DNA from: Octopus vulgaris
Lineage: Eukaryota
Reading direction: 5' to 3'
Assembly (NCBI GenBank): GCA_951406725.2
Contig: OX597818.1
Location: 81,778,001 to 81,842,000 of the forward strand
DNA: 64,000 nt
Made by a program: the position numbers and the translations under genes. Positions 45,552-58,519 of the stretch are shown here, one piece after another. The notes beneath the pieces are model-generated. The model searched no databases, was not told the DNA's origin, and saw only the letters and a program-made list of their open reading frames with translations. How positions within the stretch are numbered: the first letter of the stretch is position 1; every line of letters begins with the position of its first letter.

Positions 45552-45789
45552 TAAGGGTAGAAATTGATATTTATCAATTAAGACCAGTGGTCTAGCATAT
45601 TAAAAAAGAATCCGAAGATTAAAATATTTATATATACCAATTAAGGACTGAACACGAAAAGTGGACAGTCAACATGCTAGATATAGACGTCAAATCGTCA
45701 TTCTCCACAAAAGATTATGTTCTCAGATCAAACTCAACACAAAACCATAGCAATAAACAAGTGAAAAATATACGAAATAAAATAATTAC

Positions 45790-45854
45790 CCATGTACTAA
45801 CTTAGTTTCAGCTGTTATTTTCCGCAAGGAAAACTGCAGCCATCATCAGCATGG
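45790..45854 (-). ncRNA. Type I HHR, array A copy 1
   Basis: CCATG-CTGATGA-TGGCTG..TTTTCC-TTGC-GGAAAA..CAGCT-GAAA-CTAAGTTAG-TA-CATGG. Confidence 0.88.
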
Positions 45855-46320
45855 TCCGTTATAAATGTAATTTGCTGGACTAAATGCAAACACGATACCG
45901 AAATATCGCGCGCATGGAGTTCAGCCTATTACATTTGAATATATCTTTCAAATGCCTTTACTTTGGCGCGTTGAGACCCGAGAAAACTAGCCTGCAGCTA
46001 ATAATTAGCAGCAGTTAATTTATCGGTTAGAGAACATTTATTTATATAAAATTAATTAAGGGTAGAAATTGATATTTATCATTAAGGGTAGAAATTGATA
46101 TTTATCAATTAAGACCAGTGGTCTAGCATATTAAAAAAGAATCCTAAGATTAAAATATTTATATATACCAATTAAGGACTGAACACGAAAAGTGGACAGT
46201 CAACATGCTAGATATAGACGTCAAATCGTCATTCTCCACAAAAGATTATGTTCTCAGATCAAACTCAACACAAAACCATAGCAATAAACAAGTGAAAAAT
46301 ATACGAAATAAAATAATTAC

Positions 46321-46385
46321 CCATGTACTAACTTAGTTTCAGCTGTTATTTTCCGCAAGGAAAACTGCAGCCATCATCAGCATGG
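46321..46385 (-). ncRNA. Type I HHR, array A copy 2
   Basis: Identical to copy 1. Confidence 0.88.
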
Positions 46386-46993
46386 TCCGTTATAAATGTA
46401 ATTTGCTGGACTAAATGCAAACACGATACCGAAATATCGCGTGCATGGAGTTCAGCCTATTACATTTGAATATATCTTTCAAATGCCTTTACTTTGGCGC
46501 GTTGAGACCCGAGAAAACTAGCCTGCAGCTAATAATTAGCAGCAGTTAATTTATCGGTTAGAGAACATTTATTTATATAAAATTAATTAAGGGTAGAAAT
46601 TGATATTTATCAATTAAGACCATATTAAGTCTATATCTAGCATGTTGACTGTCCACTTTTCGTGTTCAGTCCTTAATTGGTATATATAAATATTTTAATC
46701 TTCGGATTCTTTTTTAATATGCTAGACCACTGGTCTTAATTGATAAATATCAATTTCTACCCTTAATGATAAATATCAATTTCTACCCTTAATTAATTTT
46801 ATATAAATAAATGTTCTCTAACCGATAAATTAACTGCTGCTAATTATTAGCTGCAGGCTAGTTTTCTCGGGTCTCAACGCGCCAAAGTAAAGGCATTTGA
46901 AAGATATATTCAAATGTAATAGGCTGAACTCCATGCACGCGATATTTCGGTATCGTGTTTGCATTTAGTCCAGCAAATTACATTTATAACGGA

Positions 46994-47058
46994 CCATGCT
47001 GATGATGGCTGCAGTTTTCCTTGCGGAAAATAACAGCTGAAACTAAGTTAGTACATGG
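46994..47058 (+). ncRNA. Type I HHR, array A inverted arm
   Basis: CTGATGA at 46999-47005, GAAA at 47039-47042, predicted cleavage after GTA at 47053. Confidence 0.88.
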
Positions 47059-47228
47059 GTAATTATTTTATTTCGTATATTTTTCACTTGTTTATTGCTA
47101 TGGTTTTGTGTTGAGTTTGATCTGAGAACATAATCTTTTGTGGAGAATGACGATTTGACGTCTATATCTAGCATGTTGACTGTCCACTTTTCGTGTTCAG
47201 TCCTTAATTGGTATATATATATATATAT

Positions 47229-47500
47229 AAATTAGTAAATAAATGGCACAACTAAGTACCGATATTTACTGGAAATAGCGAACGTAAAAATACGACGCTA
47301 ATGTGTAGCTTCACCGCGTATGTATTAGCAAAAATGCGTGTGTGCAACAAATTAGAGAAAAAAAACCGTCTTACCTCCAGGGAGAACATCTGAAAGATAA
47401 AACACCCGCAAAATGATAATGTGGTACCTGCAGGTTTCAGGTTTTACAAGATATGTCTCTCACCCATATTTTGTTTTACCTTCATCAGCCAAACATATGA
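47229..47500 (-). mobile_element. Third HHR-bearing unit (single, 5'-truncated) between arrays A and B
   Basis: TA-flanked, with its 3' end at the left TA tract; terminal hairpin GGTAC..GTGCC resembles GGTGC..GTACC at 11326-11345. Confidence 0.65.
47421..47492 (-). ncRNA. Type I HHR
   Basis: TGG-CTGATGA-AGGT...ACCT-GAAA-CCTGCAGG (palindrome)-TA-CCA. Confidence 0.8.
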
Positions 47501-47807
47501 TATATATTTGTATGTATATATATAATTAATTAATAAGGGTGAGAGAATTAGATACTAATTTAATAGTATATTTATTCCACACCAAGTGGCCTAGTGCTAC
47601 GAGAAACCTGGATTATTATAATATTTTATAACATATTACAATATTTTCACAAAATAAATATAAGAGAGTGTTCACTATATTGATCACTCTAGCACCAGTT
47701 AATCCAAGAGGTTTCAACCACGAAAAATACATGTTTCCCATGAAAGCCGGTACGACTGTTAGCTCACACGGACAGGGCAAATAAAAAATAACAAAAATAC
47801 AGATTAT

Positions 47808-47885
47808 CTTGGGACAATTGTTTCGCTATTAATGAATTAAATGTAATATTACTTACAGCAATCCATTTGTAGCTCTTCAGCCAAG
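47808..47885 (-). ncRNA. Type I HHR, array B (further minus-strand copies at 48343-48420 and 48878-48955)
   Basis: CTTGG-CTGAAGA-GCTA...TAGC-GAAA-CAATTG-TC-CCAAG; canonical core with a GUC cleavage triplet. Confidence 0.92.
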
Positions 47886-49297
47886 GCTATCTTGATGAAA
47901 TCCACTCAATCACACGCCAGATTTTACCATAACGATAATTACGCGTGCGGTTCAATTGATTACATCGGACGTTATAATTCAAATGCCCCAACCAACAGCG
48001 CGCCAAACTCTCACGGAAAACAAAATACAGCATTTAGAAATAAATGCAGCATAATTATAATTAATTAATAAGGGTGAGAGAATTAGATACTAATTTAATA
48101 GTATATTTATTCCACACCAAGTGGCCTAGTGCTACGAGAAACCTGGATTATTATAATATTTTATAACATATTACAATATTTTCACAAAATAAATATAAGA
48201 GAGTGTTCACTATATTGATCACTCTAGCACCAGTTAATCCAAGAGGTTTCAACCACGAAAAATACATGTTTCCCATGAAAGCCGGTACGACTGTTAGCTC
48301 ACACGGACAGGGCAAATAAAAAATAACAAAAATACAGATTATCTTGGGACAATTGTTTCGCTATTAATGAATTAAATGTAATATTACTTACAGCAATCCA
48401 TTTGTAGCTCTTCAGCCAAGGCTATCTTGATGAAATCCACTCAATCACACGCCAGATTTTACCATAACGATAATTACGCGTGCGGTTCAATTGATTACAT
48501 CGGACGTTATAATTCAAATGCCCCAACCAACAGCGCGCCAAACTCTCACGGAAAACAAAATACAGCATTTAGAAATAAATGCAGCATAATTATAATTAAT
48601 TAATAAGGGTGAGAGAATTAGATACTAATTTAATAGTATATTTATTCCACACCAAGTGGCCTAGTGCTACGAGAAACCTGGATTATTATAATATTTTATA
48701 ACATATTACAATATTTTCACAAAATAAATATAAGAGAGTGTTCACTATATTGATCACTCTAGCACCAGTTAATCCAAGAGGTTTCAACCACGAAAAATAC
48801 ATGTTTCCCATGAAAGCCGGTACGACTGTTAGCTCACACGGACAGGGCAAATAAAAAATAACAAAAATACAGATTATCTTGGGACAATTGTTTCGCTATT
48901 AATGAATTAAATGTAATATTACTTACAGCAATCCATTTGTAGCTCTTCAGCCAAGGCTATCTTGATGAAATCCACTCAATCACACGCCAGATTTTACCAT
49001 AACGATAATTACGCGTGCGGTTCAATTGATTACATCGGACGTTATAATTCAAATGCCCCAACCAACAGCGCGCCAAACTCTCACGGAAAACAAAATTATT
49101 ATTAATTATAATTATTAATTAATTATAATTATGCTGCATTTATTTCTAAATGCTGTATTTTGTTTTCCGTGAGAGTTTGGCGCGCTGTTGGTTGGGGCAT
49201 TTGAATTATAACGTCCGATGTAATCAATTGAACCGCACGCGTAATTATCGTTATGGTAAAATCTGGCGTGTGATTGAGTGGATTTCATCAAGATAGC

Positions 49298-49375
49298 CTT
49301 GGCTGAAGAGCTACAAATGGATTGCTGTAAGTAATATTACATTTAATTCATTAATAGCGAAACAATTGTCCCAAG
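49298..49375 (+). ncRNA. Type I HHR, array B inverted arm (further copies at 49833-49910 and 50368-50445)
   Basis: CTGAAGA at 49303-49309, GAAA at 49359-49362, palindromic CAATTG, predicted cleavage after GTC at 49370. Confidence 0.92.
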
Positions 49376-50605
49376 ATAATCTGTATTTTTGTTATTTTTT
49401 ATTTGCCCTGTCCGTGTGAGCTAACAGTCGTACCGGCTTTCATGGGAAACATGTATTTTTCGTGGTTGAAACCTCTTGGATTAACTGGTGCTAGAGTGAT
49501 CAATATAGTGAACACTCTCTTATATTTATTTTGTGAAAATATTGTAATATGTTATAAAATATTATAATAATCCAGGTTTCTCGTAGCACTAGGCCACTTG
49601 GTGTGGAATAAATATACTATTAAATTAGTATCTAATTCTCTCACCCTTATTAATTAATTATAATTATGCTGCATTTATTTCTAAATGCTGTATTTTGTTT
49701 TCCGTGAGAGTTTGGCGCGCTGTTGGTTGGGGCATTTGAATTATAACGTCCGATGTAATCAATTGAACCGCACGCGTAATTATCGTTATGGTAAAATCTG
49801 GCGTGTGATTGAGTGGATTTCATCAAGATAGCCTTGGCTGAAGAGCTACAAATGGATTGCTGTAAGTAATATTACATTTAATTCATTAATAGCGAAACAA
49901 TTGTCCCAAGATAATCTGTATTTTTGTTATTTTTTATTTGCCCTGTCCGTGTGAGCTAACAGTCGTACCGGCTTTCATGGGAAACATGTATTTTTCGTGG
50001 TTGAAACCTCTTGGATTAACTGGTGCTAGAGTGATCAATATAGTGAACACTCTCTTATATTTATTTTGTGAAAATATTGTAATATGTTATAAAATATTAT
50101 AATAATCCAGGTTTCTCGTAGCACTAGGCCACTTGGTGTGGAATAAATATACTATTAAATTAGTATCTAATTCTCTCACCCTTATTAATTAATTATAATT
50201 ATGCTGCATTTATTTCTAAATGCTGTATTTTGTTTTCCGTGAGAGTTTGGCGCGCTGTTGGTTGGGGCATTTGAATTATAACGTCCGATGTAATCAATTG
50301 AACCGCACGCGTAATTATCGTTATGGTAAAATCTGGCGTGTGATTGAGTGGATTTCATCAAGATAGCCTTGGCTGAAGAGCTACAAATGGATTGCTGTAA
50401 GTAATATTACATTTAATTCATTAATAGCGAAACAATTGTCCCAAGATAATCTGTATTTTTGTTATTTTTTATTTGCCCTGTCCGTGTGAGCTAACAGTCG
50501 TACCGGCTTTCATGGGAAACATGTATTTTTCGTGGTTGAAACCTCTTGGATTAACTGGTGCTAGAGTGATCAATATAGTGAACACTCTCTTATATTTATT
50601 TTTAT

Positions 50606-51170
<565 letters not shown>

Positions 51171-51324
51171 ATTCGCTATTATCATCTCTCGGATCACTGC
51201 TCTTTTTCTTCTTTGGTGCACATTGCTAGTGGCGCGGCCATACTTACATTGTGAAGCCAGAAAGAAAAATGTTGCGATCAGGCTTAACCTTCTATCACGT
51301 GACAACAATAGTACCAACTATAAG

Positions 51325-51402
<78 letters not shown>

Positions 51403-51431
51403 CATATATATGTATGTATGTATATATACAT

Positions 51432-51519
<88 letters not shown>

Positions 51520-51667
51520 GCTATTATCTCTCGGATCACTGCTCTTTTTCTTCTTTGGTGCACATTGCTAGTGGCGCGGCCATACTTACATTGTGAAGCC
51601 AGAAAGAAAAATGTTGCGATCAGGCTTAACCTTCTATCACGTGACAACAATAGTACCAACTATAAGC
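51171..51667 (-). repeat. Two near-identical copies (about 150 bp) of a diverged mariner 5' segment, inverted relative to 50820-50960
   Basis: 51171-51325 matches 51516-51667 apart from a 3-bp indel; each is followed by (CA)n(TA)n. Confidence 0.8.
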
Positions 51668-51683
51668 ACACACACACACACAC

Positions 51684-51743
<60 letters not shown>

Positions 51744-51969
51744 GCGCGCTCATACATACATACACACACACAAGACACAAAAATATAAGTAATCAGCAAT
51801 AATCCTTGCTCCGTAATATCAAATAAAGATGTAATCGTCTTCATCTCCTGGAGCGGACGCCAGTACTCGATGACAGTATCTTTGCGGATGTCATAAATAA
51901 GGGATTTGTTTGACCACATTTCTTTTCCCACAAACTGAATAACTCGGCACAGTCATTCATATTTTACTT

Positions 51970-52053
<84 letters not shown>

Positions 52054-53040
52054 AACTACAACTATGTTAATGCTTTTGTTGTTGTTGTTTCCATATAGTT
52101 ATTATTTAATGGTTCATTGGAAATTATGCATAATCATGATTTCTAGCATGAGCCTTGCTAGAGCAGTGGTGGTGGCGGTGCTGGTGATCGTGGAGATGAC
52201 GATGACGAAGACAATGTGTTATAATGTGGGTACTCGTCCACTTGTATGTTATTATCGGCACTGTAATATTCTTGTCGCCACTATCATGTTGAGGTGGTAT
52301 TCCGCGTCTTATTATCTTTCAATGAATTTGAAATGTCTACCTTCACTGTGACTCGAACTCGCATATATCACGTAACTAGCACTGACTCCAACTGTGAACT
52401 CGTACCATGACTCTACTACTCATCTCCTACTATGACTGACTGTCTGACTTTATAGTTGCTGGGTTATACCTCTTTGTCATGTGGGAAGGGGATTACCATT
52501 TTCAATATAACACAATGATGATGATGAGAAGGAGGAGGTCAATTACCATGGGGCAACAGCTGCTGTTGATGATGATGATGTGGAGGCGGAAGAGGAGGTT
52601 GTAGAGGGGTAGGACAAGGACGAACACAACTACGAGGACGATGGATGGTCTTAGGACAGTGGCCGGTAAAGTGGATGGTCGGGGGTATATTTGCTGAAGT
52701 ACCAAAATAAATTTGTTTAACGTATGAGAATAAGAAGACGAGAAGGAAAGGAGAAGGAAGGGAATGTGCAGAAGGAGGAGGAGGAAGGAAAATAATGAAT
52801 TTACTCGTAGTGTATTAATATGCGTGAGTAAACGCGGGTATATATAAGTATATGTATCTATATATGTATGTGTATATGTGTGTGTGTTTGTGCGTTGTGG
52901 GGTGTGTGTATATATATATGTTTGTATAAATATGCACGCGTACACACACATACACACATATATATACACATATATATTTTAGATTGCACATAAATTGTTG
53001 GATTGCGTTTTTACATATACACATGATTTTTTTATATGTA

Positions 53041-53079
<39 letters not shown>

Positions 53080-53644
53080 GCATGTTTGTATGTGTGTATG
53101 CGTGAGCATGTAGTTTTGTGTGCGCATGAGAGAGAGAGAGAGAGAGACAGAGAGAGAGAGAGAAAGAAAGAGAGCGAGAAACAATAGTAATGTGACTAAT
53201 ATATGAAGTTCTCTGATTGACACGCTCAAAGGATTACTAGCAATAAATCTAATAGCTCTAGATTTAAATGACGCTTAAAGCGGGGCAGATTAAAATATGC
53301 ATTCTCACATACATCGGCAGTAAAAACGTACATACACATATTCACATCACACACACATACACACGCACAAATGCACACACGCACACACACACAGATATGG
53401 AAAGTGGTTTTCATAGGTTTTTCATTAAAAGAGAGCTATAAGTAAAGAGTGTGTACTGCGAATGGCAGGTATGTAACCACATGCACACAGACACACATAC
53501 ACACACATAAACACACACACACACAGACACACAGACATGGACTGCTATACTCTGAGAAAATGTCTTATGTATGTGCGGATAAACGAACATATGTGTGCGC
53601 GGACGAACGATTGTGTGTCCGTGTATGTGAGTGTAAAGACGTAT

Positions 53645-54140
53645 AATGGGTAAAGACCCTCTTCGGTCATGAATATCCATGGGATTGCACCTAGATAGTC
53701 CCCCCCAGTGGCACACGTTGGAACAAGGTTGTTTATGGAATACCATCACTCACCCTTTCCACGCTACCAATGTTATCTGAAGGAAAGGCAAAAGCTAATA
53801 CAGCTTGGCACCAGTGACTTTGCAATTGATCCATACAGCTGAGTGAACTGGAGAAATGTGAAATAAAGTGTTTTGCTCATGAGCACTCAGCCCTGTTTGG
53901 GAAACGAACTCACTACCTCATGATTCATATATTTAAAGGGTTAAGACTCACTTCGGTCATGAAGGACGATGGGATTGCATCTAGAAAATTGCATATCCGA
54001 GGCACAAGTCTGAATGTTTTTTTATCGCCCATGCCTAGCAGCCTCCCCTCTCCACGTCACGGATGCTGTCCAAGGGAAACGCAAAGACCGATTCAGCTTG
54101 GCACCAATGACAGTACAACTCATTTCTACAGCTGAGCTTG
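53645..54140 (-). mobile_element. Two tandem degenerate copies of another SINE family
   Basis: AAGAC.C.CTTCGGTCATGAA..ATGGGATTGCA.CTAGA and CAGCTTGGCACCA..GAC repeated at about 53650 and 53940. Confidence 0.7.
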
Positions 54141-54180
54141 TGACAGCTGAGATTGTGAGCTTGTCATGCACCTTCATATA

Positions 54181-54407
54181 CAGGGTGTTCAAAAGGTCTC
54201 TCCGCAGGAAGTATTTTATTGTAGAATAAGATCACAAAAGACGGTATAAGACCACAAAAAACAATATATATATGACTTTACAAGACTTTATGAGGAGTAT
54301 TAAAAGTGTCATCCTTCTTCTTCAAAGTTGACTCTTCTTTCTACACATGTTTTGAAGTACATTTTGGAGAAAAAATATCCTTGCTGTGAGACTTTTTGAA
54401 CAACTTG
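54181..54407. mobile_element. Tc1/mariner-type MITE with TA TSD
   Basis: TA-CAGGGTGTTCAAAAGGTCTCTCCGCAGG ... CCTTGCTGTGAGACTTTTTGAACAACTTG-TA. Confidence 0.75.
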
Positions 54408-54819
54408 TATATTTGTAGAGACATGTATACGTGAGTCTATGTGTTTATTCGGCGCGCTTGTATACATCCCCAAAATTTTCAAAGGTTCTTCCCGAGCCCT
54501 AGGCTCATCATGCTAGTTTCCCAGATTCTGTGGTGTATATAATTTCACTGTACACCAAACCCATGCCATCGTCGGATTACACAATGCTAAGTAAGCTGGA
54601 GCAACATGAAATGAAGTGTTTTGCTCAAGGCAGGTGCTCCCATGAATTCTAAAATAAAATTATGGATTTATGGAGGGGTCAAAGTTGAGAAAAAATGATA
54701 GTGGAGGCATACAAGGAAACATGGAGGGTCGTCAGACCAGAACGAGAGGAATATAGTGAACGCTGCGAGAAACATTTTTTGAAAATGAGAAGAGAGACGA
54801 GAGAGAGAAAAAAGATAGA

Positions 54820-54864
<45 letters not shown>

Positions 54865-57800
54865 TATTATTCATTAAATATATATTTTGCATTAAAGCTA
54901 CCATCAGTTTAATGACAAGAAAAGTATCTTTATGTCTGAACAATGTTCAAGCCATTGACGGGAATTCGCAGAAAGTGTCGTAAAATCTTTGCGAATTCAT
55001 GGGCCTTTGTGACGAGCTCCATGACTCCATGTGATCAGCTTGAAACGTCGTTAAGATATTAAGACATTTTTCTTAATATGAGAGCAATAGTAGCCTTAAT
55101 ACACAAGTAAAGAAATTCTCTTCACCAATTCAGTGTTGAGCACTCATTCTCGTCGTTTGACATTTATGTATGTATCAGGCATATATATATATATATTTAT
55201 TAGCATGCATTCTGTTACTATATCGTTTAATTTTTTGAACCTTGTTTATATATCTAAATTTTATGTCTAAATTCATGCAGTTCTTTCTTTGTCTCTATGC
55301 ATTACAATTCTCTTCGTTTTTCAACTGTATGTTTTAACTATAATGAGAAAGGTTGTCCGGTTCACTTTCACATCCAACGTCACACCCTATTCACAACTTA
55401 CTGCGTGGTCTAACTGGAGTTTATTTCTTAAATCTCAGATTCTTGGGAAAAGACTGGAAGTCATTTCAGATTCTTTATCATTTTGTCATTTGTTGAGGAT
55501 GACAAGACGTCGTTACTGTATAGTCCACCTTCCAACGTATGCACAATGTAATAGGGTTAGTAACTTTGGCTAAATCCGTGGGACCAATATCTGTTTCGAT
55601 AGTGATATAGATTGAACACTTGACCAACGGACTGTTCGAAATTAGGGACAATTTTCATAGTCTCTTTCGTTAACCCTATCGCACACTACCGCAGTCTCGA
55701 AGAAAAGTTTTGTGGTTGAACAGAAGCAGCTCACAATGTTCTATTTGATAATTTTTTCCCTAATTTTACACTCGGTTATGCAGTCCGCTTCTACGAATAT
55801 TTCAATCGTTCTGGTTAGCTGTGTCTGCTGTTTTTATGCATAACTGATTATGTCCGGGATCCTCCTATTGAGGATGCTACAATATTAGTCATCAAACTGA
55901 CCTGACGAATGATTGCGTTATGGTAAATTTCCAATCAACAATGCATTAGAAAGAAACTAGGCTCCAGGTTGTTGTTTGCTTCGTCGATCATACGAGATGG
56001 GAATAACCATGAAGACAAGCACTGAAAGGATAAGCAAATCGATTTGACGATGAGAATTCTATATGGAACTTATATTCAAGAGTCCCGAAAAAACATAACT
56101 GTTATAACGAAAGAAATTAAAAACTCTCCAACTCTTCCTCCTCCTACTCCTCCTCCTCCTCCTCCTCCTCCTCCTCCTCCTCCTCCTCCTCCTCCTCCTC
56201 CTCCTCCTTCTTCTTCTTCTTCATTTTTCGAAAAGATAATTGATTCCCTTAAACAAACAAGTTGGAAAGCCTCTTCAAAAATGGGTTCAAACAGGCTTTA
56301 TGTGGCATACTTGAAATACAGGACAATTATTTTTACATTGTAGGGTTATATATATATATATATATATATAATTTATGTATGTATCCATATATATATATAT
56401 ATATATACACTCCATTTTACTAAAAGTTAGTGGCTGTTTACCACTAATTGCTTGTATGATAGTTCTTCATGTCTGATTGACACTACTCGCTGTCAAATAC
56501 GCTGATCGTATGAGCTGACGGGCTGATTAATTTATTCGATAGCGCTGTCGATCAGATATAATGAATCGATACAAAAAGAACTTCTGAGTTGCACACGCTT
56601 ACATTCAGTCCAAAAAATAAGCAATACTCTACGCCGCTGTATCTATAATTAACTATGTTTGAAAATAATTGAATGTGCGAAACCGGTGAGATTGTTCAAA
56701 CTACAACTGGATACTGGTAGTGGCATTTAAATCATTAACATCGGCACGTCGAAGAAAATAGAGAAATCTATGGTAAGTAAAACAGAGAAAACTGCACGCG
56801 ACCTGAAGAGTGAGAAACTAAACTTTGTAGGTGAAATGTGGGATTAAGTCTCATTTCGAGGAAAAACTTGCAAGGCGAAAGTTTTCGTTGTAAAAACCGA
56901 CTGATTGGAGTTATTTGCACTATGGGGTCTCCCAATAAGCCAGTACTGTAAAAATTTTAATAGCTGCCCCACCAGGGAAAAAACTCAACAGCAGCAGCTG
57001 AATTGAAGAAAAATTTAATTAAATATACTATGTGTAATAATATTGAATCTTGGGAGGGGCGTTATACCGGTAATAATAAACAAACACACTAGTTCGGCCC
57101 TTTATTTTTATTGTTAGTTAATGGGTTAGTAACCCCGTTTACCAATTTATCTATTAGCCGTTTTTTACCAGTTTTTCAAACTCATATGCTAAACACTTTG
57201 GTCAAACAGTTAATCGTTCAAATGTTCAGTATTGTTAGTATTGTCATTTTTTTTTTGTTAAATAATTATTTTATCGCATTGTTGCAATCTTTTCAGTGAC
57301 ACATCTCTCTACTTCCATTTCTTAGGAACTTATGTTCCAGCGTTGGGATTCGTCCGAGATGAGTATGTGAGTGTGTATATGTCTGCATGTGTGTGTTTAT
57401 ACATAAGTGTTGTGTTCTTTAAATACTATGTCATGTTCTATATACATTAGTTAGCGGTTTTGGTTTCTAATTGTTTTCTTCGAAAACGCATGCGTTCATA
57501 ATATAACGTTTCTCTCAAAGACAGATAAATCGTCATCTTTGATAAGCGTTGAATAAATTGATAATTATATATGCATGAGCATGTGTATGCGTATGTGTGT
57601 GCGTGTCCATGTACGTATGGAAGGGTATGTGTGTACGAGCGTGTGTGCCTGTGTTTGCGTGTACCTCTGTGTGCGTGTGTGTATGTCTCAGTGTGCCCTT
57701 ATGTGTGTGTGTGTGTGTGTTTGTGTTTGTGTGTATGTGTTTGCATTCATGTGTGTTAGTTCCTCTGTATTTGTGTGAGCGTGTGTACTTCTGAATACGT

Positions 57801-58103
57801 GTTTCTGTGTGCGTGTATGCGTATATGTGTGTGTCCGAGTAGGTGAGAGGGCATGTCTCTGTCCTTGTTTGTCTTCGCCTCCGTGTGTGTGTGTGTGTGT
57901 GTGTTCGTTCGTGAGTGTACGTATGTGTGTGTGCGTCCATGGGTCCTTGTAAGGCCTCTGTTTAGTGAGAGTATTTACGATTCAAAACAGGTTGTGTTTC
58001 GTTTATCCAGACTGATACTCATATCTGTCGTAGCGATGTGTCGTCCGGGTGTCTAGACAGGATTCCTATGCTAATTCGGTTCAGCACACCACCATGTTGT
58101 TCT

Positions 58104-58295
58104 TTAGCATGCTGGTAGAGTATCGAGGTTTGTCTGTGATCCCTGTACTCCCTGTCCATTTATACGCTGGGCCAAACGTCTCGCCGTTTCACCTATGTAT
58201 GAAGTCTTCCGGTTTTTATAATCAACATTCGTGCAGTTTATTCGGTAAACCACATTTCTAGTTTTGCAGTTGACACCAGGGCTATATTTGCACAC
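58104..58295 (-). pseudogene. PLE GIY-YIG endonuclease fragment
   Basis: CKTRNVVYRINC...SYIGETARRLAQRI. Confidence 0.75.
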
Positions 58296-58519
58296 TACAC
58301 AGTCCTCCTCTACACATGTGGGTTTTGTGTTACGTTATTCACAAACTGCCAGTGCCTGCGCATAATATACAAATGAAATCCGCAGAGGATAATTACATTA
58401 CTAAAATGAAAGAAATGTTGAAAAATAAGCAAAATAAAAATATAAATTTGCAGAACTTTTTATATATTAGTGTACACGCAAAGAGTGGTAGTACCAACTG
58501 CTCTACAGAAATGAGTATT

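Larger units (their letters stand above)
45541..47217. mobile_element. Array A: ORF-less HHR-containing 505-bp unit, about 2.1 tandem copies plus an inverted arm of about 1.1 copies, flanked by TA tracts
   Basis: Unit starts at 45541, 46046 (followed by a 26-bp duplication) and 46577; inverted arm at about 46629-47217. Confidence 0.92.
47521..50603. mobile_element. Array B: ORF-less HHR-containing 535-bp unit, about 2.95 tandem copies plus about 2.8 inverted copies (3.1-kb palindrome), flanked by TA tracts
   Basis: Unit starts at 47521, 48056 and 48591 (period 535); left arm ends at about 49095; inverted arm at about 49113-50603; no differences between units seen by eye. Confidence 0.93.

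Noticed and set aside
45541-50603. Arrays as CRISPR, rDNA or ordinary satellite DNA
   Set aside because: There is no repeat-spacer structure and no rRNA similarity; low copy number, central inversion, defined termini and HHRs fit retroelement-derived units better.
45541-50603. Palindromes as pure sequencing or assembly chimeras
   Set aside because: Not excluded for array B copy number. However, asymmetric arms, non-mirrored variants in array A and diverged older fold-backs at 11.0 and 31-33 kb argue that the geometry is biological.
54890-54955. HHR-like motif on the minus strand resembling 59443-59508
   Set aside because: Both core boxes are mutated (TTGAACA, TAAA); cannot be supported as a ribozyme.
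56044-56343. Proline-rich ORF as a host exon
   Set aside because: Driven by a (CCT)n microsatellite; no splice or homology support.
56230-56960. Possible PLE RT remnant (CTMGSPNKPVL near 56920)
   Set aside because: Only one convincing short motif; too degraded to call.
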